DNA from: Heptranchias perlo
Lineage: Eukaryota
Direction of reading: 5' to 3'
DNA: 64,000 bases
NCBI RefSeq assembly: GCF_035084215.1
Contig: NC_090345.1
Coordinates: forward strand, 34,038,001-34,102,000
Translations under genes and position numbers: made by a program
The notes under the pieces: model-generated
What the model was told of the DNA's origin: nothing
The model's database searches: none
Seen by the model: only the letters and a program-made list of their open reading frames with translations
Shown here: positions 11,770 through 25,504 of the stretch, one piece after another
Numbering within the stretch: position 1 is the stretch's first letter
Layout: every line of letters begins with the position of its first letter

Positions 11770-13540
11770 ACTTTAATGAGATACAATGGCCTCTGCCTCA
11801 ACTAATCTGTGTGGCAAAGTACTCCATGCTCCAATAATCAGCTGAGTAAAGAAATTTTGCCTAACTTCATTCTCTTAGTGACAACATTGAATTGGTGCCC
11901 TCTCATCACTGACTCCCTAACTATCAAAATCTCCATTAAATCTCCTCTTAGCCTTTTTTCTCTAGTGGAAATAATCCCATCATCTCAAGTCTCTCCTCAT
12001 AACTATAATTTTTCATCCCTGGTATCATCCTGGTAAACCTATGCTCTATACTCTCTGTGGCTATAATGTTCTTTCCATAATCGGGTGCTTAGAACTGTAT
12101 GCAGTACTCTAACTGTGGCAAATACCTTGTACAAATTTATCATAATCTTTTTGCTTTTGAACTCTACAGCCCTATTTATAAAACATAAAACTATACTGGC
12201 CTTTTTAAGCCTTTATCTACCTACACTCAAACTTTTAACCAATTATGTATTTGAACCGTAGATCTCTTTCCATCCACACCTTCCAGCATCTTTCCATTGA
12301 GTGTATATTTCAATTTCTTATTTTCCTCCTAAAATGCGTTACTTCACATTTCTCATTAAACTGCATCTGCCACCTGTCTATCCATTCCACTAAACTGCTT
12401 TTGTCCAACTGAATTTTTTTTTTACAGTCCTCCTCCAGTCAAACTGCTACTGTTTTGTGGTCAGTAAATTTTGATATAGTGCACCCTATTCCCAAATCCA
12501 AATCATCTATATATATATATTCAGAACAAAAGTGGACTCAATACTGATCCTGGAGGTGCTACTTCCAGCTGTCATGGCCGATAGGGTCGAGATCTGAGAA
12601 CTTCTATCTCCAAGTACCTTCCTATTGACCGCTATCTCTGGCGAACCAGACTGCAGTGCACTAGCCAGGGAAAGGGGATTTGTGCCATAGGTTCGAGTAC
12701 GGTTAACCGTACCAATAAATAGATTGGTTTAAATAATTAATTGTTTATTTAGCATCAGATTTCTTCACATACATAAATCTCACTTTTCAGGTGTAGTTCA
12801 GCAAAAAGGCAGGCATATAACAGAAGTTTACGTACACAACAGCAATACAGCCAAAAAATATATAAGCTCACCCACAATCAATCTGCTCTCTGCCAGCAGG
12901 CAGCTACGGTTCGTCTCCTGCTCAGGTTTCATCTGCTGGGGGTTTAGTTTATATCCCCTTCTAATTCGCAGCAACAATTATGCAATGCCACTTCATTATT
13001 ATATGCGCCCCCTTTTTTCTAAGTAAGCTGTCATTTTCTTTTCTTCCCCTTCCATAGCACCTGCTTACTTTTAAGTCAAGCCCCCTTGTGCCCAGCACAG
13101 CCTATTCTCTTCCAGAGGAAATGGCCCATTAAGAAGGAAAGGGCCCCGTTCTTCTGCAACAATGTTGCAACAGTAGGAACAGTATTCTGTTAGAAGAGGG
13201 GTCAAGTGACCCGAAGTACCTTCATCAAGGTACAAACTTATCTTGTGATCTTGAGTGACATGTCCATATGTATACACTTATACAAAGTGTAAGCAGTATA
13301 ACTGACTGCTTAGATGGACAGTCAACAAAAAAGCATTTGGAAAGAGGAAACTGGGACTGCATTCATCTGCAACACAGCCCTTCTCTACTCTGAGCAACAT
13401 CCACTATACCTAACCATCAACCAACTTTCTATCTATGCTGCTACATTTCTTCTTCTGTAATATACCTGAATTTTTGTAACAAGCCTCCTGCAAGACACCT
13501 TAAGAAACACCTTATATACCCTCTATGGACAGTGGTATTG
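11770..13540 (-). mobile_element. old CR1 fragment interrupted by the solo LTR
   Basis: Antisense CR1 RT motifs on both sides of 12570-13374. Confidence 0.65.
12570..13374 (-). mobile_element. solo LTR (805 bp) with 4-bp TSD CAGC inserted in a CR1 fragment
   Basis: TGTCA...CAACA termini; CAGC at 12566-12569 and 13375-13378; minus-strand TATA-like GATATAAA (~12948-12955) upstream of AATAAA (~12744-12749); host CR1 continues across the site. Confidence 0.8.
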
Positions 13541-15820
13541 CATAGAATTACATAGAATGTACAGCACAGAAACAGGCCATTTGGCCCAACTGATCCATGC
13601 TGGTGTTTATACTCTGCACGAGCCTCCTCTTTCCCTACTTCATCCAATCCTATCAGCATATATTTCTATTCCTTTCTCCCTCATGTTTATCTAGCTTCCC
13701 CTTAAATTCATCTACGCTAGTCACCTCAACTATTCCTGGTGGTAGTGAGTTCCACATTCTAACCACTCTCTGGGTAAAGAAGTTTCTCTTGAATTCTTAT
13801 TTCATTTATTAGTGACTATATTATATTTATGGCCTTTAGTTCTGGTCTCCTCCATCTGTGGAAACACCTTCTCTACATCTACCCTATCAAACACTTTCAT
13901 AATCTTAAAGACCTCTATCAGGTCACCCATCAGTCGTCTAGAGAAATGAGCCCCGCCCTGTTCAATCTTTCCTGAGAGGTATAACCTCTCAGTTCTGGAA
14001 ATCATCCTAGTAAATCTTTTTTGCACTTTTTCCAGTGCCTCTATATCCTTTTTATAATATGGCGACCAGAACTATTCACAGCACTCCAAGTGTGGTCTCA
14101 TCAAGGTCCTATACTAGTTTAACATAACTTCTCTGCTTTTCAATTCTATACCCCTAGAAATGAACCCCAGTGCTTGGTTTGGTTTTTTTATGGCCTTATT
14201 AAACTGCATCGCTACTTTTAGTGATTTGTGTATCTGTGCCCCCAGATCCCTCTGCTCCTCTACCCCATTTAGACTCTTATATTCCAAGGAGTATGTGGCC
14301 TCCTTATTCTTCCCACCAAAATATACCACCTCACTTATCTATATTGAAATTTATTTGCCAATTACATGCCCATTCTGCAACTTTATTAATGTCTTCCTGC
14401 ATTTGGTCACAGTCCTCCTCAGTATTAATTATACCCCCCAATTTGGTGGTGTCTGCAAATTTTGAAATTGTACTTCCGATTCCAGAGTCCAAATCGTTTA
14501 TGTAAATGGTGAACAACAGTGGTCCCAGCAGCGGTCCTTGTGGAACACCACTTCCCACTTTTTGCAAGTCTGCGTAACTACCTTTAACCCCTACTCTCTG
14601 TTTTGTTTTGTAGCCAGCTTGCTATCCATCCTGCTACTTGTCCTCTGATTCCACATGCTCTGACCTTAGTAATGAGTCTACTATGCAGTACCTTGAAGTT
14701 GAAGGCCTTTTGAAAATCCAAATATATTACATCTACTACATTACCCTTGTCTACTCTTTCTGTTACTTCTTCAAAGAAGTCAATAAGGTTGGTCAAGCAT
14801 GACCTTCCCTTTTGAAATCCATGCTAACTATTCTTAATTATATTTTCGATTTCTAGCTGTTTTTCTATTACATCTTTGAGTAAGAATTCCATTATCTTTC
14901 CTACCCACCAACGTTAAGCCAATTGGTCTATAGTTCCCTGGACTTGTTCTAGCTCCCTTTTTAAATATAGAAATCGCATTAGCAGTCCGCCAGTCCTCTG
15001 GCACTATTCCCCTTTCTAATGAATTTTTATACATATGTAATAATGCCTCTGCTATCTCATCCCTGACTTCTGTTAATATGTGCGGATGCAATCCATCCGG
15101 ACCAAGGGTTTTATCCTCTCTGAGTTTGATTAGTTCATTAATTATCTCCCCCCTTTCTATCTTAAATGTCCTTATATCTGTTTTGATCTCTTCTTCTAAT
15201 GTCACGCCCATCATGTTAGTCTCCCTGGTAAACACTGAGGCAAAGTAATTATTTAATATTTCTGCCATTTCTCTGTAATAACCTTTGTATTTATCGTGTG
15301 TATCCCTTAGTGGTCGTATCCTTATCCTGATTTTTCTTTTGTTATTTATGTGTTTATAGAATACTTCATTATTTCTTTTTATATTCCTTGATAATTTAAT
15401 TTTGTAGTTTCTCTTTGCCTTCCTAATTGTTTTTTTGACTTTTTTTCTAACCTTTTCGTATTTCCTTTTGTCATCCTCTCCTTTATTGTCCATGTACTTA
15501 GTGTATGCCTTTTTCTTTAGGTTCAATTTTGCCCTTATTTCATTATTTGTCCATGGTGTGTCATTACTGGCTGGTTTGTTCTTGCTTTTTAGTAGGATAT
15601 ATTTCTCCTGGACTCTATCAATCAATGTTTTAAATGCTTCCAACAGCTGTTCTATTTCTTTGTTTGTCAGTAAATTTTTCCAGTTTATTTTCCCTAGTTT
15701 CATTCTCATCCCCTTAAAATCAGCTTTTTCCAATTTATGACTTTGGTCTTTGTCTTACTTATGTCCGTCTCAATCTTTATCTTAAATCTTATTATGTTGC
15801 GATCACTATTGCCTGGTACT
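13541..15820 (-). mobile_element. CR1 LINE, 5'-truncated, frameshifted ORF2
   Basis: LGPDGLHPHIL, PGNYRPI, YLDFQKAF, GVPQGPLLGP, KFADT; 3' tail at ~13545-13600. Confidence 0.92.
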
Positions 15821-16233
15821 TGGGGGCCTGAGAGGCCTGCAGCTGTGGGACAGTCAGCTGGCATCAGGGCCTTCTGACTACTGTTCTGCAACAGCAGCCA
15901 AAAGGCGTTCAAGGTCAGAAATCCATGGGACACTGCAAAAGAAAGTTGAGGATATCTTCTCAGTCCTCCCTAGCCTTGGTGCTTGGCCTCTTCAAACCCT
16001 TAAATCTGAGGGGGTCCCAGGTGCAATACCAGCTTCCTTGAGGGCCCTCAATATGGGTGCCCTTCTGTCACTCTGAGAGGACATTGAGGTGGGAGGGCCA
16101 GGACTAATACTTCCCAGCTAATTTCCAGGGCTAGCGTTTACCTGAGCCCATTGTAAGCACAGGCTTAGGGCTGACTCTGAGGAAACCCTGGAAATCCTGG
16201 GGCAACATAAAGGGGGCAGAAACCTGACATAAC

Positions 16234-17000
16234 AGCCACAATTTTTACAGGGTAGGGTGCGGGAAGGGTGCACGGGAGCCCAGTAGCGGGTGACGAACCT
16301 GGCGAGGTTGGGGACATGGATTTGAATAAATATTTCCACAGTCTGGCCCAACACCTGGCCAGATTTACTACCTGGCCGGTGGGTGGGATTGGGCATCTGG
16401 CAGCAAGAGGCCACAGCCGGGGATCCGTGGGAACGGTCCCCGGCAGTCAGTGGGTGGAGGGGATTCCCTGGCTTTGCGATGGGAGAGGCAGGCCAGGGTT
16501 TCCTTTTAATAAGCAATTGGAAGAATGCCAGGGCTGGGGATTTTCTGATGACTGGATGGGCGATTCCCCGAAAATTGAGGGGATGCCTGCTGGGGAGGCC
16601 CTAGGACTGCTTGAAGAGCCTAGGGGAGCACTCTTACTCCTCCTGGCCCACAAGGAGTTCAAAGACAGGCAACATTTTAAAATTTACCTGGGCCTCTTCT
16701 GGCCATTTGGCTTCTCCTGCTGTGTTTCTGCTGCCGGCAGCAGACAGCACAGGAATCCCCCTGCATGGACCTTAAAATTACGTCGCGGTGCCTATGACCT
16801 CATCAGGCTGTGATTTTAAGTAGAATCTAAGTAGACCCCGCCTGTTTTTAGCGGGAGCCTCATGCACGGCCTGAATCGCCACTGTAAATATGGCTGCTGG
16901 AAACAAGGCGACTTGGAGGCAGGACCTCAATTTCTAGGATTTTAACCCCTCGCCCGACCCTTTCCTGCCCATCAGGGAAGGGGGGGTTAAAATCAAGGCC
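16234..17000. mobile_element. Harbinger-type MITE
   Basis: Ends AGCCACAATTTT / revcomp GGCCTTGATTTT; flanks AAC/AAT; shares the internal motif ctcctcctggcccaca with 318-915. Confidence 0.65.
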
Positions 17001-17429
17001 AATGGATCTCCGTCCACTTTTCCTCTCTGTAGCACCTGGGAACTATGCATTCTCCAGGCAATACAGAGAGGAATATTGGGGCCAAATGTTACACTTCATT
17101 ACATGTGCAATGTCTCTCTGCGGCAGAAAATCCTGATTGGGTCAAATAAATGAAGCAACAAATCAGAGTTAATTAAACAATGCCAACTGACTGAAATATG
17201 GTTACACAGGTGCAAAACTATCAATGAATAACTAGATTGCAGCAAAAAGGCACCAATGAACAAGTGGCAAGCATCATAAAATAATGAAATTGCTCAAAAT
17301 ACTAGGGGTAATTTTAACTTTTGGCGATTGTGTAAAACAGGCAATATCGGATCGGCTGTCCATTGTACACCTCTCCCAATTTTCCTTTCCATCAGATAAA
17401 ATCGAAGCTCTCAATTACTGTATAAAATT

Positions 17430-18760
17430 TGGGAACATAGGAATATATGAACAGGAGTAGGTCATTCAGTCCCTCGAGCCTGTTCATAGAATCATAGAAT
17501 AAAATCATTGAATGATTACAGCACGGAAGGAGGTCATTTGGCTCGTCGAGTCCGTGCCGGCTCTCTGCAAGAGCAATCCAGCTAGTCACACAGCACCGCC
17601 CTATCCCCGTAACCCTGGAAATTTTTTCCCTTCAAGTACTTATCCAATTTCCTTTTGAAAGCCATGATTGAATCTGCCTCCATCATCCCCTCAGGCAAAA
17701 GTTTTTTCTCATGTCCTCTTTGGTTCTTTTGTCAATCACCTTAAATCTATGCCCTCTGGTTCTTAACACCTCCGCCAATGGGAAAAGTTTCTACCTACTC
17801 CGTCCAGACCCGTCATGATTTTGAACACCTCTATCAAATCTCCTCCCAACCTTCTCTGCTCTAAGAACAACCCCAGCTTCTCCAGTCTATGCACGTAACT
17901 GAAGTCCCTCATCCCTGGAATCATTCTAGTAAATCTCTTCTGCACCCTCTCTAAGGCCTTCATATCCTTCTTAAAGTGCAGTGCCCAGAACTGGACACAA
18001 TACTCCAGTTGTGGCTGAACCAGCTTTTTATAAAGGTTCATCATAACCTCCTTGCTTTTGTACTCTATACCTCTATTTATAAAGCCCAGGATCCCATATG
18101 CTTTCTTAACCGCTTTCTCAACTTGTCCTGTCACCTTCAACGATTTGTGCACATATACCCCCAGATATCTCTGTTCCTGCACCCCTTTTAGAATTGTACC
18201 CTTTAGTTTATATTGACTCGCCTCATTCTTCCTACCGAAACGTATCACTTCACACTTTTCTGCATTGAATTTCATCTGCCACGTGTCCGCCCATTCCACA
18301 AGCCTATCTATGTCCTCTTGAAGTCTATCACTATCCTCCTCACTGTTCACTACCCTTCCAAGTTTTGTGTCATCTGCAAGTTTTGAAATTGTGCCCTGTA
18401 CACCCAAGTCCAAGTCATTAATATGTATCAAAAAAAGCAATGGTCCTGGTACTGACCCCTGGGGAACACCACTGTATACCTCCCTCCAGTTTGAAAAACA
18501 ACTGTTCATCACTACTCTGTTTCCTATTATTTAGCCAATTTCGTATCCATGTTGCCACTGCCCCCTTTATTCCATGGGCTTCAACTTTGATGACAAGCCT
18601 ATTATGCGGTATTTTATCAAACACCTTTTGGAAATCCATATATACCACATCAACCGTATTGCCCTCATCGACCCTCTCTGTTACCTCATTAAAAAACTAT
18701 TCCGCCATTCAATTAGATCATGGCTGATCTGTACCATAACCCCATTTACCCGCCTTTGCT
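17430..18760 (-). mobile_element. CR1 3' half with nested CR1 tails
   Basis: SGVPQGSVPGPLLFLIHINDL...KLADD...QLEYCVQFW. Confidence 0.9.
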
Positions 18761-20170
18761 CCATATCCCTTGATACCATTACCTAACAAAAATCTATCTA
18801 TCTCAGTCTTGATAGCATCATTTGACCCAGCATCCACAGCCTTCGGTGGGGGGGGGGTGGGGGGGGGTAGGGGGGAGAGTTCCAGATTTCTACTGCCTTC
18901 TGAGTGAAGAAGTGCTTCCTGATTTCACTTCTGAAAGTCTGGCTCTAATTTTATGATTATGCCCCATTGTTCTGGATTTCCTCACCAGAGGAAATAGTTT
19001 CTCTATATTTACCCTATCGAAACCTTTTAACATTTTAAACACCTCGATTAGATCACCCCTCAATCTCCTATACTCAAGGGAATACAAGCCAAGTTTATGC
19101 AACCTGTCATCATAATTTAATCCTTTTAGTCCCAGCATCATTCTGGCGAAACTGTGCTGCATCCCCTCCAAGGCCAATATATCCTTCCTGTAATGCGGAG
19201 CCCAGAACTGAACGCAGTACAAGCCATTATTCTTTTTGTGTCTTTTTGTACCTGTCAGCTAGCTTTTAGTGATTTGTGTACATGAACACACAGATCTCAT
19301 TGCTCCTCCACAGTTTCTAGTTTCTCATCATTTGGAAAATACTTTGATTTCTTTTTCTTGAATCCAAAGTGAATGAGCTCAGACATTAAACTCCATTTGC
19401 CATAGGTATGCCCACTCAATCTATTTATGTTCCTTTGTAACTTCCTGCTCCTATCTGCACTACATACTGTGCTTCCTAATTTAGTGTCATCTGCAAACTT
19501 TGACACACAACTCTCTATTTCTTCATCCAAATCATTGATAAATATGGTGAAAAGCTGAGGCCCCTGATCCCTGGGGAACATCACTTGTCACATCCCGCCA
19601 ATCAGAGTATGTACCCTTTATCAATACTCTCCATTTCCTGCCTCCCTACCAATTTTCAAACCAAGCCACAAGGTTGCCTTCAATTCTGTGCATTTTCACT
19701 TTGGCTAATAATTTCTTGTGCGGAACCTTATCAAATGCCTTCTGGAAATCCATATAGATAACATCCATAGACACTCCCTTATCCACCATGTTAGTGACCT
19801 CCTCAAAAAAATTAACTAAATTAGTCAGACACGACTTACCTTTCACAAATCTGTACTGATTCTCTCTGATCAGCTCAAATTTGTCAGAGTGCTCAGTCAC
19901 TCGCTCCCTAATGACAGATTCTAGTAATTTCCTCATGACTGATGATAGACTGAAAGGTCTGTAGTTATCTGGTTTCTCTCTCCCACCCTTCTTAAATAAT
20001 GGAGAGATATTTGCAATTTTCTATTCCAACAGCACAATTCCCGAATCAAGGGAGCTTTGGAAGATTATTATTAATGCATCTGCAGTTTCCTCACCTATTT
20101 CTTTTAATACCCTGGGGTGGAAACCATCAGGTCCAGGAGATTTATCCATTTTGTAGTTCTTAATATTTTC
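18760..20170 (-). mobile_element. CR1 fragment, head-to-head with 20180-21880
   Basis: DVIYMDFQKAFDKVPH, GPQLFTIFINDL, KFADD, RRLRGDLIEVFK. Confidence 0.9.
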
Positions 20171-20179
20171 TTTGCGTCC

Positions 20180-21880
20180 CTTTGACATTCCAGGAAAACT
20201 AATAATGAATCAAGGACTGGAACTCACTAAAGTTAACGTAAGCAAGAAAACAGTATTAGAACAAATAAAGGCACTAAAGACGGACCCCAGGACCTGATGG
20301 TTTCCACCCTGGGTTTTAAAGGAAGTAGGTGAGGAAATTCCAGATGCTTTAGCCATAATCTTCCAAAGCTTTCTCGATTCAGGAATTGTCCCTTTAGATT
20401 GGAAAATTGCAAATGTAACTCATTATTTAAGAAAGGCGAAAGAAAGAAAGAAAGCAGGAAATTATAGACCTGTTAGTCTAACATCTGTTGTGGGGAAGTT
20501 ATTGGAATCTATAATTAAGGACAGTGTGACTGAGCACTTAGAGAAATTTGAACTGTTTAGAGAGCCAACATGGATTTGTAAAGGATAGGTCATGTCTAAC
20601 GAACCTAATTGAATTTTTTGAGGAAGTAACTGAAGTAGTAGACAGGGGAATATCAATGGATGTAGTTTATATGGACTTCCAGAAGGCATTTGATAAGTTT
20701 CTACATAAGAGACTGTTAGCTAAAATTAAAGCTCATGGAATTGAAGACAAATTATTGACCTGATTAGGAGAATGATTAAAATTACAAAGATACACTGATA
20801 GATTAAGTCAGTGGGCAAAACTGTGGCAGATGGATTTCAACGCAGGTAAGTGTTAGGTCATCCATTTTGGACCAAAAAAGGATAGATTTGAGTATTTTTA
20901 AATGGTGAAAAGCTATGAACAGTGGAGGTCCAAAGAGATTTGGGGGTCCATGTATGCAGATCATTAAAATGTAGCAGTCAGGTAGAAGGCAGAGAGTAGG
21001 GATAATGGGTACGTACTCAAATTGGAAGGAAGTGACTAGTGGCGTTTCACAAGAATCTTTGCTGGGGCTTCAACTATTCACTATTTTTATCAATGACTTA
21101 GATGACATAATATAGAGAGCCATATATCCAAGTTTGCCAATGATACAAAGATTGATGGCACAGTATGTAGTGTAGACGGGAGCATAAAATTACCAAGAGA
21201 CATTGATAGATTAAGTGAGTGGGCAAAACTATGACAGATGGATTTCAGCACAGGTAAGTGTGAGGACATCCATTTTGGACCAAAAAAGGACAGATCCGAG
21301 TATTTTTTAAATGGTGAAAAGCTAGGAACAGTGAGGTCCAAAGAGATTTAGGGGTCGATGTACACAGGTCACTAAAATGTAGTAGTCAGGTACAAAAAAA
21401 ATCAGAAAGGCTAATGGAATGTTAGCCTTTATAACTGGAGGGCTAGAATATAAAGAGGAGGAAGTTTTGGGACAGCTATACAAAGCCCTGGTTAGACCAC
21501 ATCTGGAATACTGTATATAGTTCTGGGCACCACACCTTAGAAAGGATATACTGGCCATGGAAGGAGTGCAGTGCAGATTCACCAGAATGTTACCAGGACT
21601 CCAAGGCTTAGATTATGAGGAGAGATTACATAAATTAGGCTTGTATTCCCTGGAATATAGAGTGTTAAGGGGTGATTTGACCCAACTCTCCTCCAAAAAG
21701 CAGTAGATGGTAGCTGAATTAATAATTTTAAATCTGAGAGCGATAGATTTTTGCTAGCCAAGGTTAATAAGAGATATGGAGCCAAGGCAGGTGGATGGAG
21801 TTAGGATACAGATCAGCCATGATCTCATTGTACGGTGGAACAGGCTCGAGGGGCTGAATGGCCTACTCCTATGTACCTAT
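20180..21880 (+). mobile_element. CR1 fragment with an internal out-of-order duplication
   Basis: QHGFVKDRSCLTNLIEFFEEVT...YMDFQKAFDK; 3' tail gggctgaatggcctactcctatg. Confidence 0.9.
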
Positions 21881-22094
21881 GTTGCTTTTTACAGTTCTCC
21901 CAGTCCGCTGGATTTCCACTTTTCTTTGCATTTCTGTAAGCCTTTTCTTTTAGATTGATTCTGTATCTTACCTCATACTGTTGACCATGGTTGCCTAACT
22001 ACACAAGTGGAGCTTTTGCCTTTTGGGGGTATGTACTGGTCTTGTATTGTACCAAACACTTCTTTGAATAGGTAACAGTAAAAATAAATTCTAC

Positions 22095-22153
22095 CTGTTC
22101 CGTAATTTATCCACCATGCTTCTTTCTGTGTAATAGTAGATTAATTCTTGTGG
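22095..22153 (-). CDS. CC2D2B: CC2D2B-like coding exon
   Basis: ttctag|CCA...AACAG|gtagaa; 59 nt, phase 0-2; PQELIYYYTERSMVDKLRN(R). Confidence 0.9.
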
Positions 22154-22433
22154 CTAGAAAATATTTCAGTATTACTTGTTACAGATGCATCTAAGTTCTA
22201 ACCGTAATAAAAAACTGTTTCTTCTTATTATTGAATTAATCTATTTAAAATATTCTGTGCGCAACAATAGAAATAAAACTGCACTTTTATTAAAATTAGC
22301 TTTGAAATAAGCAATTTTATATTAGCAAAGAAATTTTATTTCAAGATCTCTAAAATTTTTAAAAATTTTGTTTCTGGTTAGCCAAGACCCATAATGATGT
22401 CTCTAGCCCTCCAAATTAATAATAATAAACTAC

Positions 22434-22553
22434 CTGCACAGTAGTCAACACATAATGCTGGGAACTCTTGAAGAATGGTCGCCAATTATGTTCCTTTGTG
22501 ATGTCAAAATTAACACTCATAGGGAGGCTGTTCTTTTGAATATTAAACCAGAT
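22434..22553 (-). CDS. CC2D2B: CC2D2B-like coding exon
   Basis: ttacag|ATC...GTGCAG|gtagtt; 120 nt; IWFNIQKNSLPMSVNFDITKEHNWRPFFKSSQHYVLTTVQ. Confidence 0.94.
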
Positions 22554-23658
22554 CTGTAAAAATATATTTTAAAAGTCATTATATAATTTTAAAAATCCAT
22601 CATTCTTATTATACATTAATTGAATAATTATTTTATAATTAAAGCCTTAACAATAAGTTTTATCTTGTCTATGTCTGTCAAATTTATAAAGAAAGATTAC
22701 CTATCTTTTTCATTGTTGAACTGGGGTAACATTATACCCCAAAAATGCCACATCACATTGGAACATTTACTTATGCAGGATGTTACAGTTTGGGAACTAC
22801 TTCAATTTAGTTTACATCTAAATATACAGAAGCAAATATACAGTACAAGGACTATTCCACGGCATTGCTCACAGTGAGTTACAGCATCTATCATATATGC
22901 AAAATTGCACTGTGACTATAGGCGCTGAATTCAAAGTCATCAGCAAGAGACTCCAAGGAACAGGCAGATGATGTGCACAGCTGATGTTGTTGCAGCCTGG
23001 GTGTGAAAGGCTGGAACAGGGAGAGTATGGGTTTGGCCAAAGGAAAGGAAGATTCAGAAAATTTCTTTTTGAAACTGAACTTGTCTTTGTGTTGCCAGGT
23101 TGTTGTTGTAAACAAATTGTAAACAATTGTAATTGTTTACAATTTGTGTTGCCAGGTTGTGCTGCCATTTTGCATGTTGATGGCATGATATTATTTCTTG
23201 TCATGCATTCATGAAAGAAGGGGAAAAGACTCTGGGAGAGGGGAAAATCAACAATTATAGATGATGTGGGGACTATAAAGTGAAGTGGAGCAGCAACAGC
23301 AAGCAGCACGTGCACGGTGGCTAGAATATAGGTGCTGAGACTTGCACATGTGTAATGAGTCCGCTCACTCTCTTGCAAGGACGTACATGCACAGTGGAAA
23401 GCAATAGACCAAGGGGTTATAAAGTCAGTGAGGACAATTGGGGTGGGCAGTTGATAGTCCCAGCAGCTGACCCCTCCAAGTTGTATGATAATACTTTAAG
23501 GGCCAAAACCATGCCAATGCCTGGTATCACCTGATGACTTGCATGGTGAAGAAAGCAGTTTTGCTGCTTTTGTATTGTCTTTAATATGGATACATGTATT
23601 AGTTTAAACCATTTAATTTACCTTTAATATTTATGTAAATCTTAAAATAAAAGACTAC

Positions 23659-25257
23659 GGGGGTTAAATTGGTTAACCCCCGAAAACGGGCGGGTCCAGG
23701 CAATGCAGTACAGGCAGGCGTAACATTCGTGCTGCCTGCTAATCCACATGATTGCTGCGTGCAGCCGGCACTACCTGTGCTGTGAGTGGCTGCACACACC
23801 AGCACCAGGGAGTGGCTAGCACTACTAGCAGCCTGCACCTCTTAAAGGGGAGGTGCACTGTGGCTGCAGGAAGGGCTGGAAGATATTGAGGAATGGCTGC
23901 GTCTGCGAGAGAGCTTGCACTAAGACTCTTGGATGCGTGCGTTGCGGACCTGATTCATGAACCACTTCATGAAGGGATAACCCTTGTCGCCCAGTAGCAA
24001 GCCTTTGACTTGCCGTGCTGGTTGAAATATAGGTGGCACGTTGGACTGCCGCAGAATGAAGGAGTCATGACCGCTGTCAAGATAGCAGGCACTGACTTGC
24101 ATGATGCGCTGCATGTCATCGCACACCAGCTGCACATTGAAGGAGTGGAATTCCTTTCTGTTCATGAATACAGCCAAGTTCTGATGTGGAGCATGCAGAG
24201 CAATGTGTAGTCAATGGCACATTGCACCATGGGGAAGCCTGCAATGCAAGCAAACCCTTGTGCTCATTCCTGCTGCTTGTCTCTGTCAAGAGGGAAAGTA
24301 ATGAGCCTGTTTTGGAGTGCGGACAGGGCCTCAGTGACCTCCCTAATACAGCAGTGCATTGCAAACTGTGAAATTTTGCTTATATTCAGCAGCAGCCTGA
24401 AAGGAGCAAGAGCTGTAAAAATTAAGTGCCATGATTACCTTGACAGCCACAGGCAATGCTGTTCTTGCCCTGCTCTGTGGCTGCAGTTGTGGCTGCAGCA
24501 GTTGACAAATCTCAGTCACGATCTCTTTCGTGAACCGCAGTCGTCGGATGCATTGGTCGTTGCTGAAGTTGAGGTAGGAGAATTGGTCCCTGAATGCCTT
24601 CCTTGGATATGGCCTCCTGCTGAGTGCCTTGCACCTCTTCCTCCTCCTCCCTCTTCTTGCAGCTTGTCCTGCTCTGTGTGGCCTCTCTGCATGCTCCCAG
24701 TGATGTTCAATTCCCAGAGGAGGCCCTAGCAGACCACCCATGTCTGGAAGCAACCTTGTTCATGACACTATTTTAAATGCCACTAACAGTACTGCAAGAC
24801 CACCCAGACCACTCTATATAATATTGCAACATTCTCCAAGTATAGGAAACTTCCACAAACAGCTACAATTGTAGCAGCAGCCAGAATAACTAATCCAGTA
24901 ATTAACCTGTAACTCCTGCATGATCCCTTTAAATAGCGCTGGTGGGGGGGTTCTTCATGCCCTTTAACTCCTGTTCAGTTGTGGGAGGTGAGGACAGTGT
25001 GTTGGCTGTAGCGTGGAGTTTGAAAATGGCACCGGCTGCTTCAAATCAGCATTGCACACTGATCTACATCATAATCTCCCTACTTTGCATGTTGCTGGCA
25101 ATCGTTAGGTGCGTGGGTGCACAGTCACCTTCACCAAGACGGCGTCCTGCGCACGTCACGCCGGAAGTGTGCGCGCGCATCTCGGATATCATTTTTGGGG
25201 CTTAGGAGTCCACATAGTGCCAACACAATGGGCGCTACATGGTGCAATTTAGCCTCC
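23659..25257 (-). mobile_element. PIF/Harbinger element remnant with a frameshifted transposase (~24753 to 23920)
   Basis: TIRs GGGGGTTAAATTG / revcomp GGAGGCTAAATTG; QCIRRLRFTKE, LPVAVKV, NRKEFHSFNVQLVCD, GHDSFIL, LLGDKGYP motifs. Confidence 0.88.
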
Positions 25258-25504
25258 ACCGTTTTTCATTTGTCTCTGGTGTCTTCTCTTTTTCAAACCC
25301 ATTTTATAACTAGATTTGAGCCCTTCATAATGTTGCTTGCTTTCCCTCCTAGTTGTAACTGCAATGATTTTTGGAGTGTTCAGTTAGATACTGTCCTTTC
25401 TTGTGCTGTGGGTCCTACAATGTGTGATATATTCATCTTGAGGCTGTTGCGATGGAAGCTGAGCCTCACATAAAAACATTTCTGCATTATTTCTCTAATG
25501 TGCC

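Noticed and set aside
18845-18876. G-quadruplex-like G-run as a regulatory element
   Set aside because: It is a homopolymer expansion inside a CR1 3' region with no other support.
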